Part shown: positions 9,419 through 17,840 of the stretch, in pieces
Numbering within the stretch: the stretch's first letter is position 1
How the letters are laid out: each line of letters starts with the position of its first letter
Position numbers and translations under genes: made by a program
Source of the DNA: Candidatus Hermodarchaeota archaeon
Lineage (GTDB): Archaea; Asgardarchaeota; Heimdallarchaeia; Hodarchaeales; Hodarchaeaceae
DNA length: 32,000 nt
Assembly (NCBI GenBank): GCA_048886185.1
Contig: JBHLKY010000014.1
Span: forward strand, 90,001 to 122,000
Reading direction: 5' to 3'
The notes under the pieces: generated by a model
Seen by the model: the letters and a program-made list of their open reading frames with translations, nothing else
The model's database searches: none
What the model was told of the DNA's origin: nothing

Positions 9419-10265
9419 TGTCAATCGATATAGTCTCCCAATTTGCTTACCAATGTACAGAAAATACATGGAAAATGATAACACAGCAATTTGTACTTTT
9501 CTAATTCCTGAAAAAAATGAGATTGGAATCAGTCCGGGACAATATTTCATGTTATGGCTCCCTGGAAATGATGAAATTCCAATTGCTATTAATTACTATC
9601 AAAAGAATAAAATTACATTTGCTATTTGTGGAGTTGGATCCACTACAAATAAAATACTTCAATTAGAACAAAATTCTATTTTAGGGCTTAGAGGACCCTT
9701 TGGAAAAGGATTTATTCTTGATCATAACAGGGATGCATTGATAATTGCTGGTGGTATAGGAATTGCACCCTTACGTTTTTTACTTCATCAAATTATCAAG
9801 AATACAGCTAAACCGAGAAAAATTGTACTTTTATATGGAGCTAAGACTAAATCTGGCCTATTATTCAGAAAAGAGTTTGAGCAATTATTTATTAATGTAG
9901 ATTTTTGCACAGAGGACGGATCTCATGGTTTTTCTGGATTGGTTTCAGAGAAAATGGATAACTTCCTTCAAGATCCCTTAAATAAGCAGGCTGAATGGGA
10001 GATTTATTCTTGTGGACCAGAGTTAATGCTTAAAAAAGTATTATCTATTGCTCAAAAACATGATCTAGAAAAAAATACCCAAATCTGCTTAGCGGACCGC
10101 TATATTAGATGTGGATTTGGAATTTGTGGCTCATGTTTTTTAGATGATGTAGGACTCAGCATTTGTCAAGATGGCCCAGTATTTCGTGGGGATGTCTTAT
10201 TGCAAGTAAAGGATTTTGGAAAATTTGGAAGAAGTGCTGATGGGTCTAAATATCCATTCACATGA
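9411..10265 (+). CDS. pyrK: Dihydroorotate dehydrogenase electron-transfer subunit
   Basis: PGQYFMLW, LRGPFGKGF, AGGIGIAPL, CGPELML and the [2Fe-2S] motif CGFGICGSC...CQDGPVF. Overlaps pyrD by 8 nt. Confidence 0.95.
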   Translation: MNNVNRYSLPICLPMYRKYMENDNTAICTFLIPEKNEIGISPGQYFMLWLPGNDEIPIAINYYQKNKITFAICGVGSTTNKILQLEQNSILGLRGPFGKGFILDHNRDALIIAGGIGIAPLRFLLHQIIKNTAKPRKIVLLYGAKTKSGLLFRKEFEQLFINVDFCTEDGSHGFSGLVSEKMDNFLQDPLNKQAEWEIYSCGPELMLKKVLSIAQKHDLEKNTQICLADRYIRCGFGICGSCFLDDVGLSICQDGPVFRGDVLLQVKDFGKFGRSADGSKYPFT

Positions 10266-10279
10266 GACTTTTCATGCTT

Positions 10280-11521
10280 TTAGAGATCGTTATAAGTAAT
10301 TTTGCCCTTATTAATTGTCAAAACTGGCCATCCCTGTAATTCGACACCTTCCCAAGGACTCCATTTACATTTTGTCTTAAGATCGTCCCCCCGAACTTTT
10401 CTCTTCTTTTTTGGGTCAATTACGGTTAAATTTGCAGGTTCATCCACAGCAATTACCCCTTTTTCAGGTAAATTCATTAAATAGCGTGGATTTACAGCTA
10501 GCGCATTAATTATTAGACGTAATTTCCTCTTATCTAATGGTTTACATTGATTTAATAAAAGGGGAAGGCAAGTTTCTAGCCCAGGGATTCCAGCCAACTC
10601 AAAATCCTCCTTCTCTTGGATTGTATGAGGAGCATGATCTGTACCAATGATATGGATCTCCCCTCGGAGAAATGAATCCAACAGTTTTTTTTGTTCTGTT
10701 TTTGATCTTAAAGGAGGATTCACCTTACCCCTCACACCAAGTTGAGAAAAGTCATTATAATTCAATAGAAGATGATGTGGAGTCACTTCAAATGATATAT
10801 GTCGTGAATGTAATAGATTAATTGATTCTATTAGAGTGACATGAGCGATGTGTAATTTAACTTTACTTACTACATCTTTGGTTTTTTCTAAAAGGTTTTT
10901 TATTGCTAAAAATTCTGTTTGAGGATCTCTTATCTTTATATGATTTTCTAGAGTGTCCTGATATAGCTTCAGATTCGCAATGATTCTTAAATTATCCTCA
11001 CAATGAACAGTAAGGACTCCAGCTCCTCGATTCAATAAGTCATTAATATCAGTTAAATTAGTTAAATATTCGCCAGTCGTAATCCCAAGATAAGCTTTAA
11101 AATAAGGATAATCGTTTATGAGCGCTTCCTCTGTATTTTTTGTTAAAAGGGCAAAGGGGACAATTTTAACTTTATCAATTTGCTGAGTCTTTTCAACTGC
11201 CTTATTTAGCCTTTCAGAACAATCAACTGGATGAAGTTTGTTGGGCATATCAAAAATAGTTGTAAATCCTCCTGATGCTGCAGCAAGAGCCCCTGTTTCA
11301 TAAGTTTCCTTATGACTTTCTTCAAAATCCCTTAAATGACTATGAATATCAACTAGACTTGGGATCACTAACTTGCCTTTTAAATCAATAATTTCATTTG
11401 AGGAACCAATTTCTGATAGTGATTGGGAGATCTTTTCAATTAAACCAGACTGTTCATTTACTAAGATATGTCCTTGAATTATTTGCTCGTAATACCATAT
11501 GGAGGCGTTCTTTAAAAGCAA
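10280..11521 (-). CDS. pyrC: Dihydroorotase
   Basis: DIHSHLRD, AAASGGFTTIFDMPN, VHCED, HIAHVT, EVTPHHL, KVNPPLR and GTDHAPH. TTG start 1 nt after the pyrF stop. Confidence 0.95.
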   Translation of the reverse strand: MLLKNASIWYYEQIIQGHILVNEQSGLIEKISQSLSEIGSSNEIIDLKGKLVIPSLVDIHSHLRDFEESHKETYETGALAAASGGFTTIFDMPNKLHPVDCSERLNKAVEKTQQIDKVKIVPFALLTKNTEEALINDYPYFKAYLGITTGEYLTNLTDINDLLNRGAGVLTVHCEDNLRIIANLKLYQDTLENHIKIRDPQTEFLAIKNLLEKTKDVVSKVKLHIAHVTLIESINLLHSRHISFEVTPHHLLLNYNDFSQLGVRGKVNPPLRSKTEQKKLLDSFLRGEIHIIGTDHAPHTIQEKEDFELAGIPGLETCLPLLLNQCKPLDKRKLRLIINALAVNPRYLMNLPEKGVIAVDEPANLTVIDPKKKRKVRGDDLKTKCKWSPWEGVELQGWPVLTINKGKITYNDL

Positions 11522-11522
11522 T

Positions 11523-12305
11523 TTACATACCCAACGAGATTGAAAAGGATTTCACAGATTTATTGTACTCTTTCAAGATCGCTACTGGATTTTGATTATA
11601 GATTATTGCGCGACCTATGTTGAATATCACATCGTTCTTGAATATCTTCAATAATTTATCTATTTTCCCTCTTTGTGCCCCGAGTCCTGGAGATAACACA
11701 ACTTTCTCAGAGATTTCGTCTGCGATGATTCTTAATTCATTTTCCCCAATGTGACCTGTTGCTCCAACAACAATGCCATCAGCAAATTTGTTTGCTAAAC
11801 GTGCAAAATGTTGATAAATTGGGATTCCATCTACAAAACTTCTCTTCATCCATTCTGCTTCTGGATTAGACATTAAAACTAGAATTATTGGAGATAATCC
11901 GTATAAATGCGATAAATTACCGATTTCCTCTACATTTCCAGGAAAAGGGCTTGCTGTGAAAGCATCAAAACCTTCCTGTTTACAATGATACAACATTTGC
12001 TCGTTTGAAGCTCCTATATCCGAGATTTTATGATCAATAATTATGGGGCGACCAGATTCATGAACTTTTGATGTAATCATCTGTATCTGGGGTAATGATA
12101 GATCAAGTATATATTGACGGTTTACTTTGAAGGAACAGCAGTGAGGGTGAAGTTCTTCAATAAGTTTGAGAATTAATTCTGATTTTTCCTCCACTTTTTG
12201 GAGAGTATTTTCTGTTCGACTCCCGTAGGAAGCAAGATCCAACCCAACACAGATGCTACTTCTTGAGTCTTCTTTAGAATCAATTAATAGTTTTGAGAAG
12301 CTCAT
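11523..12305 (-). CDS. pyrF: Orotidine-5'-phosphate decarboxylase
   Basis: CVGLD, FKVN, active-site DHKISDIG (DxKxxD), VLMSNP, GIVVGAT, SPGLGAQ and NIGRAI. Confidence 0.93.
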   Translation of the reverse strand: MSFSKLLIDSKEDSRSSICVGLDLASYGSRTENTLQKVEEKSELILKLIEELHPHCCSFKVNRQYILDLSLPQIQMITSKVHESGRPIIIDHKISDIGASNEQMLYHCKQEGFDAFTASPFPGNVEEIGNLSHLYGLSPIILVLMSNPEAEWMKRSFVDGIPIYQHFARLANKFADGIVVGATGHIGENELRIIADEISEKVVLSPGLGAQRGKIDKLLKIFKNDVIFNIGRAIIYNQNPVAILKEYNKSVKSFSISLGM

Positions 12306-12446
12306 GATTCAGAAAAAATCTTTCAACTTTAAAAATTTTAAAATAACTGTTGAATATTTTCAAAGAATGGTGCTAATTTCTAAACTCTTGTGTAAAAGTA
12401 ACTACTATGAACCACAAACCAGATACCAAAAAAAAGCTGAATTCTG

Positions 12447-13025
12447 ATGAATGCATTACCTTCAAATGTAAGAAAACAGGTAATTAATACGTTAAAAAAG
12501 ATTAGTGTTCTAAAATATGGGCAATTTAAACTTAAGAATGGATCAATATCATCAGTATATATTGATTTACGAATATTACCGAATTTTCCCAAAGAATTTC
12601 AAAAAATTATTAAGATTTCAGCTGATTTTATACAGAAGAATGAAAAAATTGGATTTTTCGATGCTATCATCGCACCCCCATTAGCAGGTGTCCCTTTGGG
12701 GGTAGCAATAGCTCTTGAATTGAAAAAAGAATTCTATCTGGCCCGATTGCAAATAAAAAATCATGGAACAAGGAAATTAATCGAAGGGAATGTTCAGAAT
12801 AAACGTATTTTAATGGTGGATGACGTTATAACTTCAGGTGGAAGTAAAATTCCATTATTAGAATCTATTCGGAGTCATGGGGCCAAAATTGACTCAGTAT
12901 TTGTTTTCATAAATAGAATGCCTGATAAAAATAGTCTTGATGCATTTGAGCAAGATAATAATGTATCTCTCTCTTTTTTATTGTCATTGAACGATCTTCT
13001 TAATTCTACTGAAATTGATGTTTAA
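12447..13025 (+). CDS. pyrE: Orotate phosphoribosyltransferase
   Basis: GQFKLKNG..S.VYIDLR, KNHGT and the PRPP-binding motif ILMVDDVITSGGS; pyr gene context. Confidence 0.93.
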   Translation: MNALPSNVRKQVINTLKKISVLKYGQFKLKNGSISSVYIDLRILPNFPKEFQKIIKISADFIQKNEKIGFFDAIIAPPLAGVPLGVAIALELKKEFYLARLQIKNHGTRKLIEGNVQNKRILMVDDVITSGGSKIPLLESIRSHGAKIDSVFVFINRMPDKNSLDAFEQDNNVSLSFLLSLNDLLNSTEIDV

Positions 13026-13140
13026 AAAATTTGAGAAGGAACTTCGTCAAAGAATTATTATAATTGCTAAAGCTAGCTTTCTAAACATTTCATGTTATAT
13101 TCATCCTGGAGCTATAGGAACTACTAGTTGTGTAAACTCC

Positions 13141-14868
13141 TTATCGAACGATTAGGGGAAGAATTAGATGAGAGGGATGCGTGGCGTTATGAAAAATGCA
13201 ATTAATCGCTGGTCGATATTGATCGCTACTTTCACTAGCGATAATCCCACCTGTGTTGCTGTTACGGTCAAAACGCGGAAAATTACTGCTAGAAACCTCC
13301 AGGCGGATACAATGACCAGGTAGAAACACATTTGCTGTAGCCCACAGGTTTAGCTGGAGTTTGTACACTTTACTCGGTTCAAGAAGTTCAGGATCGATGA
13401 ATGAATTGCGATAGCGCGCTCGTAAGATGCCCTCAGTCAGGATTATTGCCCGTCCATCGGGGTAGACATCTACCAGCTTACCCGTAAAATCTGTATCAGG
13501 TACCGAAGATGACACGAATAACCACAACTCGATTGGGCCTATTACTTCGACAGCTTGCTCCAAGACTGGAGTGCTATATACTAGAACGTCATCGCGCAAT
13601 TCAACTTCACGCTGGTCGCGAGGTCCAATAGCATTCCCACCAGGTAAGATAACCTGTCCCCCAACTGTAGGCACGGGACGTAGCGGGTTGTACAGGTACA
13701 TGTCCGATGGTTCATTGCTTGGTAATTCGGTTGAGAGTGAACCATCACCATGAAGTGTATTTGCTGTTCCATTACTATGCAGGTAAAAACGGTAGTATTG
13801 CGTTTTGGGTAGCGGCCAATCAGCCTCATGGTGCCATTTGTCAACACCCATCACAAAGATCATCACTGGTGGTTCTTGGTCTATACCATTGTCCACATTT
13901 TTCAACCAACGGTCGAACCAACGAATATGTATACCAGGTAGATCGATGGCAGCACTACTACTACCCCAACCAAATTCACGTTCTGGGAAGCTACCACTAA
14001 AGTTCATATGACTCCAAGGACCGATGATCAATCGCTGATTCTGACGAGCCTTTTCCGTTCCGCCTCGCAACTTCATGCCCAAGTAATTCTGGATGGTGCT
14101 CCACAGAAAGATGTCGTACCAGCCACTGATGTTGAGAGCAGGTACAATAATCTGCTCGTATCCAGCCGTGGGTGAAGAAGGTAACCAAAAGTCATCTGCA
14201 GTCGGATGAGCCAACCAATCAAGGTAGAAAGCTGCATACTTATGGATTAATGGATGTTTGGCGAGTGGGAGTTCAGTTAGTACCATATCCACGTCCAAAA
14301 GGATCTCACTATCTAATGACTTCTCACCACGAGCTATACACCGCTCGATTTCTGTTGGAACGATATCTGCAACCACCCAGCGTAGATCATGAAGTACTTT
14401 AGCTCCACCTTGGTATGCGCAACCCTCATAGCTATCTGAGAAGGTGATCGATGGAGCTATTGCCCGTAACGTTGGAGGTTGTTTACGAGCAGGAAGCCAC
14501 TGAGTACCACCCAGATAAGAGCCACCGAAAGTGCCTACTGTGCCATTTGACCAAGATTGAGCAGCTGCCCAAGCAAAAGTATCGAGACCGTCAGCTGTTT
14601 CTTGAATGTGTGGATTAAATATCCCTTCGGATGCATAACGTCCCCTTACATCCTGAGTCACTACCGTGTAACCATTTTGTACTCCCTGTAGAATATTGAA
14701 GATATCACCATTTATAACCACGTGGTCTTTGTTGTATGGTGTGCGAACAACCAACACAGGTGCTGGAGATGCACCCTCTAGCCGATAAACGTCAGTGGCG
14801 AGCTTTACCCTATCACGCATGGGAACCATGATATTTTTTTTGATTATAATTTTTGTCATTAAGTTCAT
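13141..14868 (-). CDS. CocE/NonD family serine hydrolase (cocaine esterase / peptidase S15 fold)
   Basis: MRDRVKLATDVY, RTPYNK, QDVRGRYASEG, nucleophile elbow GGSYLG, acid GWYDIF, His in GPWSH, and C-terminal PepX_C-like domain (DTDFTGKLVDVYPDG, RLEVSSSNFPRFDRN). Confidence 0.95.
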   Translation of the reverse strand: MNLMTKIIIKKNIMVPMRDRVKLATDVYRLEGASPAPVLVVRTPYNKDHVVINGDIFNILQGVQNGYTVVTQDVRGRYASEGIFNPHIQETADGLDTFAWAAAQSWSNGTVGTFGGSYLGGTQWLPARKQPPTLRAIAPSITFSDSYEGCAYQGGAKVLHDLRWVVADIVPTEIERCIARGEKSLDSEILLDVDMVLTELPLAKHPLIHKYAAFYLDWLAHPTADDFWLPSSPTAGYEQIIVPALNISGWYDIFLWSTIQNYLGMKLRGGTEKARQNQRLIIGPWSHMNFSGSFPEREFGWGSSSAAIDLPGIHIRWFDRWLKNVDNGIDQEPPVMIFVMGVDKWHHEADWPLPKTQYYRFYLHSNGTANTLHGDGSLSTELPSNEPSDMYLYNPLRPVPTVGGQVILPGGNAIGPRDQREVELRDDVLVYSTPVLEQAVEVIGPIELWLFVSSSVPDTDFTGKLVDVYPDGRAIILTEGILRARYRNSFIDPELLEPSKVYKLQLNLWATANVFLPGHCIRLEVSSSNFPRFDRNSNTGGIIASESSDQYRPAINCIFHNATHPSHLILPLIVR

Positions 14869-14893
14869 CCTTTTTAATCAGTCCATTTACATA

Positions 14894-14915
14894 ATTATTC
14901 CCTCTTCGGGAATAA
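14894..14915. promoter_or_regulatory. Hairpin / inverted repeat upstream of the CocE gene
   Basis: ATTATTCC-CTCTTC-GGAATAAT has perfect 8-bp arms and lies 26-47 nt upstream of the CocE ATG. Confidence 0.25.
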
Positions 14916-14998
14916 TATGCAATTAACGCTTTTTTCTCGTCTGATTTCACTGTTTTACACTTTTTTTCTCCTCTAATTATTACTACTTTTTGTCTATC

Positions 14999-15280
14999 TT
15001 AGAGCTCACTTACCCTAATGAGCGATTTTATTGTTTGTCGTTCATCCATTGCAGTATAAGCTTCTGCAATATGGTCAAGATCCGTCTTTAGATCAAATAC
15101 TTTACTGGGATTGATCGTACCTTTGAGTACATCTTCTAGTAATTCCAGCAAGTACGCTCGTGTAGGGGCGGAACCACCACGCATACCAACATTCCCAAAA
15201 ATGTAGCATTTGCATCAATCTCAACATTATCGCTCTTCGATCACTATCTTACCCTTACCTCTGAATATTGCTACTTTCAT
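14999..15280 (-). pseudogene. Zinc-dependent alcohol dehydrogenase (MDR family) remnant with a large internal deletion
   Basis: ATG at 15280 overlaps the cupin stop (ATGA) and reads MKVAIFRGKGKIVIEER*, an MDR-type N-terminus. About 30 nt later the MDR C-terminus appears: GNVGMRGGSAPTRAYLLELLEDVLKGTINPSKVFDLKTDLDHIAEAYTAMDERQTIKSLI*. Confidence 0.85.
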
Positions 15281-15681
15281 TGATATTTCTCCTCTGTTAC
15301 TGGTCCGTACCATTCGGCATTTCCTAAATTAGGATTCGTACTTATTCCAACATGAACAAACCAACTATCTTTTGATGCCCCATGCCAATGTTTCACATTT
15401 GGTGGTATTTTCACAACATCTCCTTCCTGAAGCGATTGTGCTGGTTTTCCTTCTTCTTGATAATATCCTTTACCTCCTGTTACAAGAAGAATTTGACCTC
15501 CTGGATGTGAATGCCATTTAGTTCTTGCTTTTGGTTCAAAGGTTACATTGTATACTGGACAATTAAAGAAATCTTCTGTCACTAACATTTGAACCCACAC
15601 ATTCCCTGTGAAATAGTCGCTTGTAGCTTTTTCTCCTTTGGGAAATATCACACTTTTATTCAAATCATTTATTTCATTCAT
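15277..15681 (-). CDS. Cupin-domain protein, 3-His-1-Gln metal site
   Basis: FTGNVWV, NVTFEPKARTKWHSHPGGQILLVTGGKGYYQEEG, PPNVKHWHGA and EWYGPVT; AGGAG SD upstream. Confidence 0.92.
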   Translation of the reverse strand: MNEINDLNKSVIFPKGEKATSDYFTGNVWVQMLVTEDFFNCPVYNVTFEPKARTKWHSHPGGQILLVTGGKGYYQEEGKPAQSLQEGDVVKIPPNVKHWHGASKDSWFVHVGISTNPNLGNAEWYGPVTEEKYQ

Positions 15682-15811
15682 TTATTGATTCTCCTGAAAC
15701 AACTATATCTCCTTTACCCTTGAAAATTGCTGCTTTCATTCTTCACTCTAACTCAGGTATGTTTTGAATATTTGCTGGAACTAAAATACATCTGGTTTGA
15801 GCGATTCAACA

Positions 15812-16112
15812 TGATGGAAGAACTGACGTTAAGAAATCTAACAAATAGTGAAAAAATATTTTACATAAAAAAAATTGAGAATTATGAAACTAAAGAGGAG
15901 AGGTTAGAATATCTAAGAGCAATGAAATCTCAGCATAGGAATAATATGAGAATATGCGAAAAAAATCCCAGACATTTGTTAAAATGGAAAAACTAATTAC
16001 TCGTTTTATTGAAAAGATTGAAAATGAAGACTATCTGGATAAAGAGGAACTCGAACAATTCTTTGATCTAGTGATAGATATGGATCGCTCACTTGAAAAT
16101 AAAGAAAATTGA
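15812..16112 (+). pseudogene. Possible frameshifted small helical protein of unknown function
   Basis: The ORF-track frame ends at 15996, but a second frame is open from 15945 to TGA 16110-16112 (YENMRKKSQTFVKMEKLITRFIEKIENEDYLDKEELEQFFDLVIDMDRSLENKEN*). Both halves have the same charged helical composition. Confidence 0.35.
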
Positions 16113-16190
16113 GTAAGATACCATTAATTGTCAGTTGTTAATATTTTATTAATCCTTAAAAAAAATAACAAGGAGTTGGGGAAAATAAAA

Positions 16191-16550
16191 ATGCAAATCA
16201 TTATACAAACAAATGACTATACAATAGTTTTTGAGCTCAATAACAGCCAAGCTGCCAAAGAACTATATGAACAGTTACCTTTTACAATTACCGTTGAAAA
16301 TTACGGTAACAATGAAAAAATCTTTTATCCACCAAAAAAACTTCATACAACCGGTACACCTTTGGCAAATGCACAATTTGGAACGCTTGCATATTATGCG
16401 CTATGGGGAGACGTGGTAATGTTTTATGATAGTTTCGGTTCTGCAAGCGGTTTATATGAGTTGGGGAATGTCATTTCAGGCGGTGAGTATATCAAAAACA
16501 TGTCAGGCACGATACAGATCAAGAAAGTGATAAATAGAGATAAAATATGA
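16191..16550 (+). CDS. Cyclophilin-like fold protein (TM1367-like)
   Basis: FELNNSQAAKELYEQLP, YGNNEKIFYPP, GTLAYYALWGDVVMFY and SASGLYELG. The start is more likely ATG 16191 (AAGGAG/GGGG upstream) than 16128. Confidence 0.85.
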   Translation: MQIIIQTNDYTIVFELNNSQAAKELYEQLPFTITVENYGNNEKIFYPPKKLHTTGTPLANAQFGTLAYYALWGDVVMFYDSFGSASGLYELGNVISGGEYIKNMSGTIQIKKVINRDKI

Positions 16551-16797
16551 ACGCAGTAAAAGGAAGACAGACCAGAAGACCTGATGTTTTTGAGAACGGT
16601 ACGAAATCGACTCACCCAAATATAATGTCGTAAAAGATTAATTTTACGCCATTAATATTAGAATGAACTTGTTGGTCTCTTAACTTGAAACTTGAATATT
16701 TTGAACAGAACATTCATAAATTATATATTGTTGTGTGTTAAGCTAACGTGTTAATTTATTTTAAAAGTTTGATTTACTAACAGGATAGGGACTAAAA

Positions 16798-17183
16798 ATG
16801 TCATATACACAAGCCCCAAATATGACAGAAGAAGAAATAGAGAAGTTTCTAAAAACCGAAAAAATAGCTCGTTTTTGTAGTCTTAACAAAGATAATACAA
16901 TACATGCCACCCCAGTTTGGTTTAATTACGTAAATAAACAGATAATTAAGAAGCTCCTACCCAAGGAGTCATCCTTTATGGAGAGGTAGAACTAACATAT
17001 GATGATGCCCGATCAACGGCAATTTCAATCTTTGAACGATATATGACGAAAGAACAAGCTGAAACATCTGTAGATGGATTAATGAAAATAGGAACCTTTA
17101 TCATAATGAAAGTGAGTGTAAAGAACGTTGCTAGTTTCGATTATTCTAAAGATACTGCTTATCGTCAAGCAGTGACCTATTAA
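16798..17183 (+). pseudogene. Pyridoxamine-5'-phosphate-oxidase-like (FMN split barrel) gene with an internal deletion and frameshift
   Basis: N-terminal MTEEEIEKFLKTEKIARFCSLNKDNTIHATPVWF in frame 1. A different frame from 16950 reads EAPTQGVILYGEVEL...IFERYM...NVASFDYSKD...* (stop 17181-17183). Confidence 0.75.
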
Positions 17184-17840
17184 AAATTACAACTTAAATT
17201 AATGGATGAAGTTTAAGTTTTACATCCCAGTTTCCGACATAATCCCATAAATACTATATAAATGTATAATAAAGATATTCTCGTATGAAAGATAGATTTT
17301 ACGATGTTCAATTGTTGATATTTTATTGCTTGACAAACTTGTAATGCTGTTTAAATACTCCTATATTATTTAAATAAAGTTAATAAAATTCTTAAGGGAA
17401 AATTTCCTCTCTAATTTAATAATGTATCAAAATTAGTGTTCCTACTTCATTTCAATCAACTTTAATATTCATCTACTTTCTGATTGGTCATTTCCTTGGT
17501 TGAGAGAGGTTGTTCTTTTTGCAACTCGATGTGGTTTGAAATTTCATATCCTCGAAAAACCTCTTGTTTACCTAATGGATTAATGTCGATAAACTGTGGA
17601 GACCCAATCAGGATATTAAATTCAGAGTCAGATTTCAACAAAAATTCACTTGAAAAGAAGAGATATAAACCAAAAAGACTAGGATTTTCTCAATTAATAC
17701 AGATTTTAAAGAGTGAAATCATATAAGCTAAATTATTATTCAGATTCTTAGATAAATTATTTTCTCTAAAGAATTGCGATTCCGAATTCTAAAAAAATCC
17801 TATTTTATTAAGTAAGAATAATGTATGGTGAAGCATTCTA

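Noticed and set aside
1551-14402. Short ORF-track entries nested in or antisense to longer genes (e.g. 1551-1847, 3751-4083, 4978-5259, 5625-5831, 7123-7341, 8887-9078, 10302-10484, 13571-14402)
   Set aside because: They lie within well-supported genes, carry no recognisable motifs and read as shadow frames.
14920-14998. SD-like motifs followed by tiny start-stop frames upstream of the CocE gene on the minus strand
   Set aside because: Too short to distinguish from chance in purine-rich sequence; they may be remnants but cannot be assigned.
16547-16633. 28-codon ORF coupled to the cyclophilin-like stop (MNAVKGRQTRR...) and a nearby 7-bp hairpin (CGTAAAA/TTTTACG)
   Set aside because: No recognisable family or IS terminal-repeat pattern, so the evidence is insufficient.
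17465-17726. 80-aa plus-strand ORF and an overlapping open minus-strand frame
   Set aside because: The plus frame has no motif or SD; the minus frame has no credible start; neither can be assigned.
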